From Malacoraja senta (taxonomy: Eukaryota), in NCBI GenBank assembly GCA_038087875.1, contig JAXLNO010000286.1:1-54857 (forward strand): 54,857 bases of DNA. Direction: 5' to 3'. A program made the translations under genes and the position numbers. Position 1 is the first letter of the stretch. Each line of letters starts with the position of its first letter. This document shows, one piece after another, positions 1 through 11,790 of this stretch. The notes beneath the pieces are model-generated. The model searched no databases. It was not told the origin of the DNA and saw only the letters and a program-made list of their open reading frames with translations.

Positions 1-507
1 AGACCTCTGTTGGATAGTAACTTCTGGAGCTCCAACCGTGGGAGCCTGCGGACTTAACATCGCGGTGCCCGCGATCGCTGCCGGGGCTCGACATTTGAGC
101 TCCAACCGCGGGAGACTGCGGACTTGCCATCGTGGATCTCGCGGGTCTAGATAGAGACCGAGTTCGGGAGCTCCAAGCCGCAGCCGCCCCGACGCGGGAA
201 CTTCGTTCGCCCCGACGCGTGGGCTTCGATCGCCCCGACGTGGGAACTTCGATCGCCCCGTCTGCGGATGGTCCGACTGCCCCGACCGCGGGAGAATAAA
301 GATGAAATAGTTAAGACTTTATTGCCTTCCATCATAGTGAGGAACGTGGGGAATCCGTTATGGTGGATGTTTATGCTAACTTTGATGCGGTTGTGTGTCT
401 TAGTGCTTTTTTTCGTATGGCTGTATGGTAAATCGAATTCCACTGTACCTTAATAATTACATGTGACAATAAACTGACCTTGATCTTGAAACCTTGAAAC
501 CTTGAAC
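1..507 (+). repeat. 3' end of an unclassified non-LTR retroelement, with GC-rich internal tandem repeats
   Basis: Repeated GAGCTCCAACCG-GGGAG-CTGCGGACTT blocks (28-126) and ~23-bp GCCCCGACG-GG-ACTTCGATC units (186-290). AATAAA near 468 is followed by a (CCTTGAAA)n-like tail. Confidence 0.5.
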
Positions 508-779
508 TGGTGGAGGAAGGGATTGAAGCGGATAGAATTACGACTTCTACAAATCATGTTGATAAATATGTGGAGAAGTAGGTGGGAGATGGTTATGGAC
601 TAAATGGGACTGGCCCATTATGTCAGCTTTGTCAGCATTAAACAAGTGGAGCGAACGGCGTGAATTAGTGCTGTGTAGATCCATGATCTACGATTTTACG
701 ACTTGCATTTTCCACTCCATGTCGCTCGCTGTCTGTATTGTTTCTGGCTCCAGCACAAAGGAAATCCATGCAGGTCACA

Positions 780-1681
780 TCATTTTTTATTGAATTCCGC
801 AATTAGTACAAAAGGATATCTCAACAGGATCTTCAGCTGTTCTCTGAACTTTGTCTGGGTCGCGGTGTATATAGCAGTGTTTGTACAGCAGCTGAGCAGT
901 TGCAGCATGAATCCTATTTCCTGTACATACACTGGTATAATTACGGACCGAAAGCCCAGCCACCACATTCTGAACCAAATGGTGTACACGAGAAATACCG
1001 CCCAGAGCAGGATGAAATTCCACGAGATGAAAAAGAGTAAAATGATGGATTTCCTTCTGCTGACCACTTCCGGGTCAATGGGGCTCACCCCGCTACTGTG
1101 AGCCCGGAGCCTCCTGCGGACTCTGGTCGCAGCTACAATGTGCCTGACGGTGAAAACGTTAAGCAAGAGGATCAGGGCGAATGGCAGGCCGGGGCTGAGG
1201 AAATAATGAAGGACTTCGACAGACATCCAGATCGGCGATTCCATAATCTCGAGTGGGATGGCACAAAACCAGGGTAAATTTAGATAGGCGTATTGTTTAG
1301 TTAGTGTAAAGTACCAGGTGCTGTTCTTCAAACAGCTCAGCACGGTGACTGTTCCCAGGACAGCAGCCGCCGTTCTCTCGGTACAATATTTGACTTTCAG
1401 CTTCTGGCAATTAATGGCGACGAATCGATCAAAGGTGAAGGTGACGGTGAACCAGATAGAACAGTCCGTGGCGGTGTAAAGAAGCACGGCGTGGACATTG
1501 CAAATAGGGAGATCGAGCATGGGAAGGAAATGCACAGCAAAAGCTATGGGGATCTGCCGCAGTATCAAATCCAGGACAATAACCAGTAAATCAGCCGCCG
1601 TCATGGCCACCAGGTAGCGAGTTACACACCTGGAGAGACCGCAATTTCCCCGGGAGATGATCACAATCGTCATTGTGTTTA
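780..1681 (-). CDS. GPR139-like rhodopsin-family GPCR 'A', exon 2 (end of TM1 to C-terminus)
   Basis: Open frame with 7TM pattern: SRGNCGLSRCVTRYLVAMTAADLL (ICL1/TM2), FTFDRFVAI (TM3), KYCTER, PWFC (ECL2), RRKSIILLF (TM6), CTNTAIY..TQTKFRE (TM7/H8). Pyrimidine tract and acceptor ttctcatag|TA at 1682/1681, phase 1. Confidence 0.92.
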
Positions 1682-1801
1682 CTATGAGAAAGGGAAATAA
1701 ATCGACATTAGACATTTTTCGGAGAAAAGAGTTACTATTTGAAGAGGGAATATATTCGTCTCTTCCAAAAAGCACGACCGTATCCAACAGGGGGTGGAAT
1801 T

Positions 1802-2146
1802 GTTCAGTTTAGTTTAGATTAGAATTTAGATTAGGTTAGTTTAGTTCAGTTAATTTTAGTTTAGTTTCGAGGTACAGCGCGGAAGTAGGCCTTCGGTCCA
1901 CCGAGTTCGTGGCGGCCAATCGAAACTACACTTACACTGTTCTACATACTGGGGACAATTTACATTATTTACCGAAGCCAATTAAACGACAAACGTGCAC
2001 GTCTTTGGAGTGTGGGAGGAAACAAGTGCACCCAAGGAAAACCCAGCCATTCACTTGTATAACATACAAATTCCATACAGACAGCACACATCGTCAGGAA
2101 CGAACCGGGGGCTTTCACTCTACCGCTTCGCCACCGTGCGGCCCTT
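1802..2146 (-). mobile_element. tRNA-derived SINE (HE1/V-SINE type) with (CTAAA)n tail
   Basis: Reverse complement reads gcacggtggcgaagcggtagag..ggttcgttcctgac..tgtatggaatttgtatgtt..tttcctcccacactccaaagac, then a CR1-like 3' end and a simple-repeat tail. Confidence 0.8.
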
Positions 2147-2896
2147 GAGTGTGTACCATAAATCGCTGGAGAAACCCAACCACTCTGTGACCGGCACAAC
2201 TGCATTGCTTTCATATTCGTGTAAAGAGTGGGCACAATGTGGTTTCGGTCAGAGCACGCCTCGGTGTGAGGTGGGGGATTCCTATAAGGCTTGTTCAATC
2301 TTCCACTTTACCAGTGAATGATGAATGTCGCAAGAATGACATTTCTGCTCAGATTCGATTTCGATCCTGACCTCGGGTGCTGCCTGTGTTGAGTTTGCAT
2401 GTTCCCCCTGTGACCGTGTGGCGTTTCAAACGGTGATCCGGTTTCCTCCCACGTTCCAAAGCCGTGCTGGGTTGCAGGTTAATGGGCTTCTGTAAATTGT
2501 ATCTGTTTGCAGGGAGTGGATCAGAAGGTGGGATAACACCGAACAAATGTAAACAGGCGGGGTCGGAGGGAACAGAACCTTCGGACCACCACTTCCTCGA
2601 AGTCCACCGTTCACACGATCTCACAAGGTCTATCCCACTTTCTCGTTCACTCTTTAGACGGGAGCAATATACAAGGGAAAGTTTAACTTCTAAACCAGCG
2701 CGTCTTCAGGATGTGGGACGAAGTCGGAGCACCCGGCTTCGCATGTCTATCACATATATAACACGGGCACGATGGGCCGAACGTGCGGTTCACATTCTGA
2801 TTCAATAAACTAAACCGAACTAAATGAAAAAAGAGTAAACTAAACTAACCTAAACGCCACGAAGCGAAACGAAACGAAAAAACCCGTGTCAAGTAG

Positions 2897-3180
2897 GGTG
2901 GTACAGCGGCGCAGCGGTAGAGTTACTGCGTTACAGCTCCAGAGACCCTGGTTCGATCCTGATACGGGGCATTGTTTACACGGAGTTCGTAGGTTCTCCC
3001 TGTGTCCGCGAGTGGGTTCTCTGTATGCTCCGGTTTCCTTCCAAACGATCAAAAATCTACAGGTTTGTAGGTTAAGTGGCCGTGGTAAAATTGTATATTG
3101 TCCCAAGTGTGTAGGATAGTGTGAATGCGCGGCATCGCTGCTCGGTGCGGAATCGATTTCCGCGCTGTATCTCTGAAACC
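2897..3180 (+). mobile_element. tRNA-derived SINE (HE1/V-SINE type)
   Basis: A-box-like gcgcagcggtag, B-box ggttcgatcc, central ggagttcgtaggttctccctgtg..ccggtttcc domain and 3' end ttccgcgctgtatctct. Partial copies also lie at ~2345-2500 (+) and ~2540-2740 (-). Confidence 0.8.
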
Positions 3181-3224
3181 TGAATCAAAATTAAAGGTCA
3201 GGCACAGCGCCATCGACTGGTAGT

Positions 3225-3356
3225 TTTGTAAGAAGGAACTGTCGATGCGGGTTTAAACCGAAGATAGACACATAAAGATGCAGTAACTTAGCGGGACAGG
3301 CAGCGTTTCTGAAGAGAAGGAACGGGTGACGTTTCGGGTCGAGACCCTTCTTCAGA
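3225..3356 (-). mobile_element. Penelope-like terminal repeat fragment with a hammerhead-ribozyme-like core (3355-3328)
   Basis: Minus strand reads CTGAAGA-A-GGGT-CTCG-ACCC-GAAAC-GTC, followed by the same acccattccttctc..gctgcctgtcccgct.agttact block that abuts the Penelope ORF end at 45460-45753. Confidence 0.7.
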
Positions 3357-3779
3357 TCGCTGGCCAGTGCCGTCTCGATGGGCCGAAGGGACTGTTTCCA
3401 CGCGGGATCTCTAAACTAAACTAATCTCTCGTATCTGCGCCACTGTATGGTCTACTTGTGGAGACCGGGTCTTTAAGGTACAATCAATTTTGTCTATCCC
3501 AACAAATATATGTAGCCTTTTCTGCGCTGGACACACGCGGAGTTGTTAATATTGAGAGCACACCACTGGGAGATGCTTTTTCTTTCATCTTGCGCCTTTT
3601 GCGATCTCAGAACAATGAACGTGTAACTGAAATAAATCTATACGTGAGATTTAACAAAAGCAAACACAGCGCTGGGCAAAAGAGTCCGACATCTGTTTGA
3701 ATTCCGGAGTTTACAAAACGACAGCATCCTTATACTGAAGCACGATATGATGATTTGATTTCTGCATCAAGGTACATAC

Positions 3780-3879
3780 CGGGGACAGCAACAGCGGCGA
3801 GCAGCGGGTAATATATCCGTTGTGCTTTCAGAAGGAACAGATACACATGACGTTCGTTGAAACTCCTCGTTGTCTCCAT
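3780..3879 (-). CDS. GPCR 'A' exon 1 (N-terminus and start of TM1)
   Basis: METTRSFNERHVYLFLLKAQRIYYPLLAAVAVP+G then donor gtatgt at 3779. The 100-nt exon ends in phase 1 and joins exon 2 in frame (G+TA=Val). An alternative in-frame ATG lies at 3915. Confidence 0.88.
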
Positions 3880-4491
3880 GTCGGAGAACCCGCTCAGATC
3901 GATTGCTGCTCTCATCAACACTATGGAATGAGGCCACGAATAAATCCCTTATTATTAGAAAGGAGTATCTCCCCAGTGGCGCACGTTGCAACCCCTCTGA
4001 CTCATGACAGTGTCAAGGGGCATTACCACCTTCCCTGCCAACATTTTTTTTCTGTGCAAAACAAAAATCACTACAAAAAATACTTTCCACCTACATTACG
4101 TCGTTTGTGTTTGGCAACAACCACAGCGTCAGTAGAAACTTGTATTACTGCGAGTAAAATTCAAAGGGGTTGTGGCCCCTTTGATTTGGCCCAGTATTAT
4201 GAAAGTAGAAAATTGACAGAGCTGACCAAGCAGTGCTCCGGTGTTTACTGAATTCACAGGTAGATTCAGAGCCACTCGTTATTTACGGAAACCGGGTTTA
4301 ATGAAACCAGATGACCGCGTAGTATTTTCAATTTGACGAGACACAGGAAAGATATTATTGATGCGACGTGAATTTTTCTGTGAGTGCTAAGAAAATCTAG
4401 AACTGGTTAACCCGAGGACCTGGTGGTTTTAATTTTAGTTTAGGAACACCAGTGGGGTAACAGGTCATTCGGCCCAGCGATTACGCACCTG

Positions 4492-4990
4492 GAGCATTGT
4501 GTGCAATGTTGGTCTCTAATTTGAGGAAGGCATTATTGCTATTGAGGGCGTGCAGCGTAGGTTCACCAGGTTAATTCCAGGTATGGCGGGACAGACATAT
4601 GATGACAAAATGGAGCGACAGGGCGTGTATTCACTGTAATTTAGAAGGTGGAGAAGGGGTCCTAGAGAAATATATAACATTCTTAAAGTATTGGACAGGC
4701 TAGATGCAGGAAAATGTTCACGATGTTGGGGGGAGTCCAGAACCAGAGGTCACAGTTTACGAATAAGGTGTAGACTATTTAAGTCAGATGAGGGAAAGCC
4801 TTGAGATATGTGAAGCTGTGGAATTCTCTGCCAATGAAAACAGTGGAGGCCGATTCACCGAATGATTTCAAGAGAGAGTTAGATTTAGCTATTACGGCTA
4901 AAGGAATCAAGGAATCTGGGGAAAAAGCAGGAATGGCATACTGATTTTAGATGATCAGCCATGATCATATTGAATGGCGATGCTGGCTCA
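4492..4990 (+). mobile_element. CR1 (HER1-type) LINE 3' fragment, decayed
   Basis: Matches the C-terminal RT region and 3' UTR of the CR1 at 8273-10941 (aggaaggcattattgctattgagggcgtgcagcgtaggttcacc.., gatgatcagccatgatcatattgaatggcg). Confidence 0.8.
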
Positions 4991-5009
4991 CCTGCAATTA
5001 TGTTTCAAT

Positions 5010-5295
5010 GAGTCCACGACAACCAGCGATCCACACACTTTACCAATATCCTACGCAGACGAGGGACAATTTACAATTATACAAAGCCAATTTTGCCAAG
5101 ACAATTAACTCGACACACCTGCGCATCATTGAAGTATGAAAGGAAACCGAAGATCACGGAAGAAGCGCACGCGGTCTCGGGGAGAGCGTACAGAAACACA
5201 GTACAGACACCACTATTGGTCAGGATCAATCCCGATCTCTGGCGCCGTTATCGGTGTAAGACGGAAACCCTACCGCTGCGCCAACGTGCCGCCCT
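5010..5295 (-). mobile_element. HE1-type SINE, decayed
   Basis: Similar to 1870-2146 (gggacaatttacaatt..gccaatt..aggaaaccgaagatc..gtcaggatc..taccgctgcgccaacgtgccgccc). Confidence 0.7.
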
Positions 5296-5591
5296 CATAG
5301 TGGCGATTGATAGGGAATAGAAGTGTGAATGGGAGCGGCTTTAGAGAACTGGTTCTGGCGCGGCGAACTAAAATTTTCACACTCTTCCTCCCTCACCAAC
5401 ATCCGGGTGTGAAAACACCGTTCCAGGTGAGTCAATGTTTCAGTCCAATATTATCAACTGGCGTGACGCAACGTCTCACCTTCAACAGCAGCAGAAGCAG
5501 GCAAACGATCGCCGAGCTCGGCCTGGGGCTCACGGCCGTTGCAGATACGGATCCGCCCCCCACTTCTACTCCCAGAGCGGGGCCAGGAAAA

Positions 5592-5788
5592 TTGAAGATA
5601 GACACAAAATGCAGGAGTAACTCAGCGGGACCGGCAGCATCTCTGGAGAGAAGCAATGGGTGACGTTTCGGGTCAAGACCCTTCTTTTCAGACTGAAGAA
5701 AAGTCTCGACTCGAAACGTCACCCATTGCTTCTCTCCAGAGATGCTGCCGGTCCCGCTGAGTTACTCCAGCTTTGTGTCCATCTTCAA
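5592..5788. repeat. ~197-bp imperfect palindrome of two inverted Penelope terminal repeats
   Basis: The ttgaagatagacacaaa..gacgtttcgggtc arm is mirrored by gactcgaaacgtc..tttgtgtccatcttcaa, with the centre at ttcag-a-ctgaa (5692). Confidence 0.85.
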
Positions 5789-5924
5789 ATGACGTCACGC
5801 GCTCCAGGCGGCTGTGCGTACGCATGTAATCGCGCCCGACCTTCACCGGACCGTCTCGGCTCAACGCGACCACGAGGTCGCGTAATTTGTGTGCCAAGGA
5901 CACGTAAGTGGGACAGGCCCTTTA

Positions 5925-6210
5925 GATAGAGCGCTGAAAGATAGCGGAGTCAGGGGATAAGGGGAGAAGGCAGGAACGGGGTACTGATTGTCTGTGGAAT
6001 TCTCTGCCTCAGAAGGCGGTGGAGGCCGGTTCTCTGGATACTTTCAAGAGGGAGCTAGATAGGACTCTTAAATATGGCGGAGTCAGGGGATATGGGGAGA
6101 AGGCAGGAACGGGGTACTGATTGGGGATGATCAGCCATGATCACATTGAATGGCGGTGCTGGCTCGAAGGGCCGAATAGCCTACTCCTGCACTTATTGTC
6201 TATTGTCTAT
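5925..6210 (+). mobile_element. CR1 3' end with partial tandem duplication and (CTATTGT)n tail
   Basis: gcggagtcaggggata.ggggagaaggcaggaacggggtactgattg occurs twice (5944, 6077), followed by the CR1 3' UTR. Confidence 0.8.
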
Positions 6211-6224
6211 TGGCTATTGACCCC

Positions 6225-7210
6225 CTGCAGTTCGCTTGTCAGGTTTATTAACTTCTCCAGTGTTTTTAACCCCATCCGGCTTTCAATGCTCGGGAGCAAA
6301 CTGCCGAAGATGCGGGTGGATGCTCCTTTGGTGTCGTGGATCACGAACTACCCGACTCTGCAAATGTGGGCTGTATCAGCGAGGGGCGGGAAGCTGAATA
6401 CAGAGGTGTGGTCAACAACTTTGTTGGATGGTGTGGGCTGAATCACCTGCAGCGCAACACCAGCAAGTCTGAGGAGTTAACGGTGGACTTCAGGAGGAGA
6501 TGAACACCCCTGCCCCCTGCTCCATCAATAGTATGGAGATGCAGTTTACCAGGGAGTACAAATACCTTGGAGTGTACCTGGACAGTAACTGGGCCAGTCC
6601 AGGAACGATGAGGCCCTGTACAAGAAGGGACAGAGACGGCTGTACTTTTTGAGAAGGCTCCTCTCCTTCAATGTCTGCAGTGAGATGCTGCAGATGTTCT
6701 GTCAATAGGTGGTGGCCAGCGCCATCTTCTTCGCTGCCGTGTGCCGGGGCAGCAGGGCGAAGGCCGCGTGCGCCAACAGGGTCAACAAGCACATCAGGAA
6801 GGCTGGCTCCGTCCTGGGCTCGGAGTTAGATTCACGGGAGGTGGTCTTGGAGGAGAGGATGCCCCTCAAACTGCGGAGCACCCTGGACAATACAGCTCAC
6901 CCCCTCCATGACACACTGGTCAACCAGAGGAGCACCTTCAGCAACAGACTGGTTCCCACCAAGATGCAGCACAGAACGCCACAGTAGTTCGTTCTTCCAT
7001 ATGGCTATCAAGCTGTAGAACTCCTCCCCCTTCTGTCGTAGGGTAGATTAACTAAGCACACCCCCCCACCAATCTTTGCACATCCCCAATCCTGGGCTTT
7101 GCACTCGTGACTTTAATTTCCTGTTTGATGTATCTTGTTGGGTCTAAGACTGTTGGCAGACCAATTTCCCTCCTGGGATAAATGACGTTCCATCGTATCA
7201 TTATCATATT
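6225..7210 (+). mobile_element. Rex1/Babar-clade LINE 3' fragment (frameshifted RT C-terminus)
   Basis: Peptides YKYLGVYLD, KGQRRLYFLRRL, VASAIFFAAVC..IRKAGSVLG..DNTAHPLH, followed by a simple-repeat tail near 7195. Confidence 0.8.
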
Positions 7211-7616
7211 GAGTACTGTTAGTGGCAAGACACTTAACAACGTTGAGTTACAGTGTATAATGTACTTGGCGTCGAAGTCCCCAGCTCCCTGTAACTGGCG
7301 GCAGATATAGATGGAGTGGGTATAGAAGGCGTGCAGTATCCTTGCCTTCGTCGCTAGGGGGGCGTTGCGTATGAGCGTCGGGAAGTCACGATGGAGCTTT
7401 GTAGGACTTTGGTCAGGCTGCATTTCGAGCATTGCGCGCGCGCAGTTCATGTCAGGAAGGACGTGATGGTGGGTTGTATAGAGTGCCGAGGAGGTTTACC
7501 AGAATACTGTCTGCATTAGAGGATTTCAGCTAAAGGATGAGTTTGGAGAGTGTGCAGCGGTGGTTTTCCACAACACTGCGTGGATTAGCGGGTTTCAGTC
7601 ACAGGGAGATGTTGGA

Positions 7617-10600
7617 TAGACAATAGACAATAGACAATAGGTGCACGAGTAGGCCATACGGCCCTTCGAGACAGCACCGCCATTCAATGTGATCTTGGCT
7701 GATCATCCCCAATCAGTACCCCGTTCCTGCCTTCTCCCCATATCTCCTGACTCCGCTATCTTTAAGAGCCCTATCTAGCTCTCTCTTGAAATTATCCAGA
7801 GAACCGGCCTCTTGAAAGTATCCAGAGAACCGGCCTCCACTGCCCTCTGAGGCAAAGAATTCCACAGACTCGCAATTCTCTGTGTGAAAAAGTGTTTCCT
7901 CATCTCCGTTCTAAATTACTTACCCCTTATTCTTAACCTGTGGCCCCTGGTTCTGGACTCCCCCAACATCGGGAACATGTTTCCTGCCTCTAGCGTGTCC
8001 AATCCATTAATAATCTGTAATATTTCAACGATAACCCTCTCATCCTTCTAAATCCCAGAGTTTACAAGCCCAGCCGCTCCATTCTATCAACAAAGACAGT
8101 CCCGCCATCCCGGGAATTAACCTGGTGCACCTACCTGCACTCCCTCAACAGCTAGAATGTCCTTCCTCAAATTTGGAGACCAAAACTCACAATACTCCAG
8201 GCGTGGTCTCAGTAGGGGCCTGCACAACTGCACAAGGACCTCTTTGCTCCTATACTCAACTCCTCTTGTTATAGATACATAGAAAATAGGTGCAGGAGTA
8301 GGCCATTCGGCCCTTCGAGCCTGCACCGCCATTCAATATGATCATGGCTGATCATCCAACTCAGTATCCCGTACCTGCCTTCTCTCCATACCCCCTGATC
8401 CCTTTAGCCACAAGGGCCACATCTAACCCCCTCTTAAATATAGCCAATGAACTGGCCTCAACTACCCTCTGTGGCAGAGAGTTCCAGAGATTCACCACTC
8501 TCTGTGTGAAAACGTTTTTCCTCATCTCGGTCTTAAAGGATTTCCCCCTTATCCTTAAGCTGTGGCCCCTTGTCCTGGACTTCCCCAACATCGGGAACAA
8601 TCTTCCTGCATCTAGCCTGTCCAACCCCATAAGAATTTTGTACGTTTCTATAAGATCCCCTCTCGATCTCCTAAATTTTAGCGAGTATAAGCCAAGTCTA
8701 TCCAGTCTTTCTTCATATGAAAGTCCTGACATCCCAGGAATCAGTCTGGTGAACCTTCTCTGCACTCCCTCTATGGTTATAATGTCCTTCCTCAGATTTG
8801 GAGACCAAAACTGTACGCAATACTCCAGGTGTGGTCTCACCAAGACCCTGTACAACTGCAGTAGAACCTCCCTGCTCCTATACTCAAATCCTCTTGCCAT
8901 GAAGGCCAACATACCATTCGCTTTCTTCACTGCCTGCTGCACCTGCATGCCTACTTTCAATGACTGGTGTACCATGACACCCAGGTCTCGCTGCATCTCC
9001 CCATTTCCTAATCGGCCACCATTTAGATAATAGTCTGCCTTCCCGTTTTTGCCACCAAAGTGGATAACCTCAAATTTATCCACATTATACTGCATCTGCC
9101 AAACATTTGCCCACTCACCCAGCCTATCCAAGTCACCTTGCAGTCTCCTAGCATCCTCCTCACAGCTAACACTGCCCCCCAGCTTAGTGTCATCCGCAAA
9201 CTTGGAGATGTTGCTTTCAATTCCCTCGTCCAGATCGTTAATATAAATTGTAAATAGCTGGGGTCCCAGCACTGAGCCTTGCGGTACCCCACTAGTCACT
9301 GCCTGCCATTGTGAAAAGGACCCGTTTACTCCTACTCTTTGCTTCCTGTTTGCCAGCCAGTTCTCTATCCACATCAATACTGAACCCCCAATACCGTGTG
9401 ATTTAAGTTTGTATCCAAATCTCTTATGTGGTACCTTGTCGAAAGCCTTCTGAAAGTCCAGATACAACACATCCACTGGTTCTCCCCTATCCACTCTACT
9501 AGTTACATCCTCGAAAAATTCTATAAGATTCGTCAGACACGATTTACCTTTCGTAAATCCATGCTGACTTTGTCCAATGATTTCACCACTTTCCAAATGT
9601 GCTGCTATCCCATCTTTAATTACTGACTCTAGCAGTTTCCCACTACCGATGTTAGACTAACTGGTCTGTAATTCCCCGTTTTCTCTCTCCCTCCCTTCTT
9701 AAAAAGTGGGGTTACGTTTGCTACCCTCCAACCATCAGGAACTACTGCAGAATCTAAAGAGTTTTGAAAAATTATCACTAATGCATCCACTATTTCTGGA
9801 GCTACTTCCTTAAGTACCCTGGGATGCAGCCTATCTGGCCCTGGTGATTTATAGGCCTTTAATCCATTCAATTTACCCAACACCACTTCCCGACTAACCT
9901 GGATTTCATTCAGTTCCTCCATCTCATTTGACCCGCGGCCCCCTGCTATTTCCGGCAGTTTTTATGTTCCCTGCCAGTTTCCTTTCATAATCTATTTTCC
10001 CTTTCCTAATTAAGCCTTTTGTCCTCCTCTGCTGGTCTCTGAATTTCTCCCAGTCCTCTGGTATGCTGCTTTTTCTGGCTAATTTGTACGCATCATCTTT
10101 TGCTTTGATACTATCCCTGATTTCCCTTGTTATCCACGCATGCACTACCTTCCATGATTTATTCATTTGTCAAACTGGGATGAACAATTTTTGTAGTTCA
10201 TCCATGCAGTCTTTAAATGCCTTCCATTGCATATCCACCGTCAACCCTTTTAGAACTAATTGCCAGTCAATCTTGGCCAATTCACGTCTCATACCCTCAG
10301 TTACCTTTCTTTAAGTTCAGAACCGTTGTTTCTGAATTAACAATGTCACTCTCCATCCTAATGAAGAACTCAACCATATTATGGTCATTCTTGCCCAAGG
10401 GGGCACGCACAACAAGTCTGCTAACTAACCCTTCCTCATTACTCAATACCCAGTCTAGAATAGCCTGCTCTCTCGTTGGTTCCTCTACATGTTGGTTTAG
10501 ATAACTATCCCTCATACATTCCAAGAAATCCTCTTCCTCAGCACCCCTGCCAATTTGATTCACCCAATCTATATGTAGATTGAAGTCACCCATTACAACT

Positions 10601-11120
10601 GTTTTGCCTTTGTTGCACGCATTTCTAATTTCCTGTTTGATGCCATTCCCAACTTCACTACTACTGCTAGGTGGCCTGTACACAACACCCACCAGCGTTT
10701 TCTGCCCCTTAGTGTTTCGCAGCTCTACCCATACCGATTCCACATCCTCCAAGCTAATGTCATTCCTTTCCACTGCGTTAATCTCCTCTCTAACCAGCAA
10801 CGCTACCCCACCTCCTTTTCCTTTCTCTCTATCCCTCCTGAATATTGAATATCCCTGGATGTTCAGCTCCCAGCCTTGGTTACCCTGGAGCCATGTCTCC
10901 GTGATCCCAACTATATCATAATCATTAATTGCTATCTGCACGTTATGAAGGGCAACATGCCATTCGCTTTCTTCACTGCCTGCTGTACCTGCATGCTTAC
11001 TTTCATTGACTGATGAACAAGGACCACCAGATGCCGTTGTACTTTCCCTTTTCCAAACTTGACACCATTTAGATAATAATCTTCCTTCCTGTTTTTGCTG
11101 GCAAAGTGGATAACCTCACA
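7617..11120 (-). mobile_element. Older CR1 fragment (7617-8272 plus 10942-11120) split by a younger CR1
   Basis: actcaactcctcttGTTAT (ending 8272) continues as GTTATgaagggcaacatgcc (from 10942). An (ATAGACA)n tail is seen at 7617-7640. Confidence 0.8.
8273..10941 (-). mobile_element. Young 5'-truncated CR1 LINE with ORF2 (APE endonuclease + RT) broken into four ORFs; TSD GTTAT
   Basis: ORFs 10297-10941 (GITETWL, MGDFN, LDWVL..DH), 9924-10166, 9629-9922 and 8361-9596 (DFQKAFDKVPH, GVPQGSVLGP, FADD). GTTAT at 8268-8272 and 10942-10946. Confidence 0.93.
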
Positions 11121-11384
11121 GATGAATTTGTTATCTCTGGAACGTTGGTGGTATAGGGGAGACTTGAAGAAATGTATACAATTATGAGCAGCACGGAAAA
11201 GGTAGACGGTCAGAACTTTTGTGTCGCCCCCACCCTCTTTTTCGCTGCCTCTGAATAATTTTAGTGAGATGCAGCATGGAAACAGGCCCTTTGGCCAACC
11301 GCGTCCATAGCAACCATCGATCACCCGTGAACACTATTTCTATGTTATCTGACTGCCTATACATACGGGGCATTTAAAAAAATC

Positions 11385-11790
11385 CTCATCGCCGGACACT
11401 CGAAACGAGTATAATTGTCCTCTCATGGAGGACGCCTGTGGTGACTTTTTTTTAACGTGGGGAGACTGGTGCACAGACAGCCACCCCACGGTCCTTGACT
11501 GATCTGGGTCGGAATCCAGTGGCATCGAGTCCAAGACGACCGGAGGCCCTTTTCTGCTGCAGTCTTCATCCGCCTTCCCAGACGTTGTGATGTTCCACTA
11601 ATGTCAGCCATCGTCCTCCGCCTGTTCCACCGTTGAGGTATTGGCTGGATTGCTCTTTGTCAGAGTCCTACCGCTCGATCTCACCGCGATCGGTGACCCT
11701 ACCACGATCATAGCTCCCGTCGGCATCGCTCTCAGGATCTCAGGACCACACAAGCTTCTCCACCACGACAATGTGACAATCCACAGGGAA
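11385..11790 (-). mobile_element. Probable RTE-clade LINE 5'-UTR-derived element
   Basis: Minus strand cattgtcgtggtggagaagcttgtgtg..gagcgatgccg..gtagggtcacc..tctgacaaagagcaatcca resembles RTE/BovB 5' domains as recalled. No ORF support. Confidence 0.45.

Noticed and set aside
1682..1787. N-terminal 35 aa of ORF 780..1787
   Set aside because: Intron read-through: it includes the pyrimidine tract and acceptor, and the true exon 1 is at 3879-3780.
2897..2965. tRNA gene
   Set aside because: A and B boxes are present, but it is a SINE head continuing into a SINE body, with no full cloverleaf.
8338..9030. 230-aa plus-strand ORF
   Set aside because: Antisense shadow of the CR1 RT; similar peptides recur opposite other CR1 copies.
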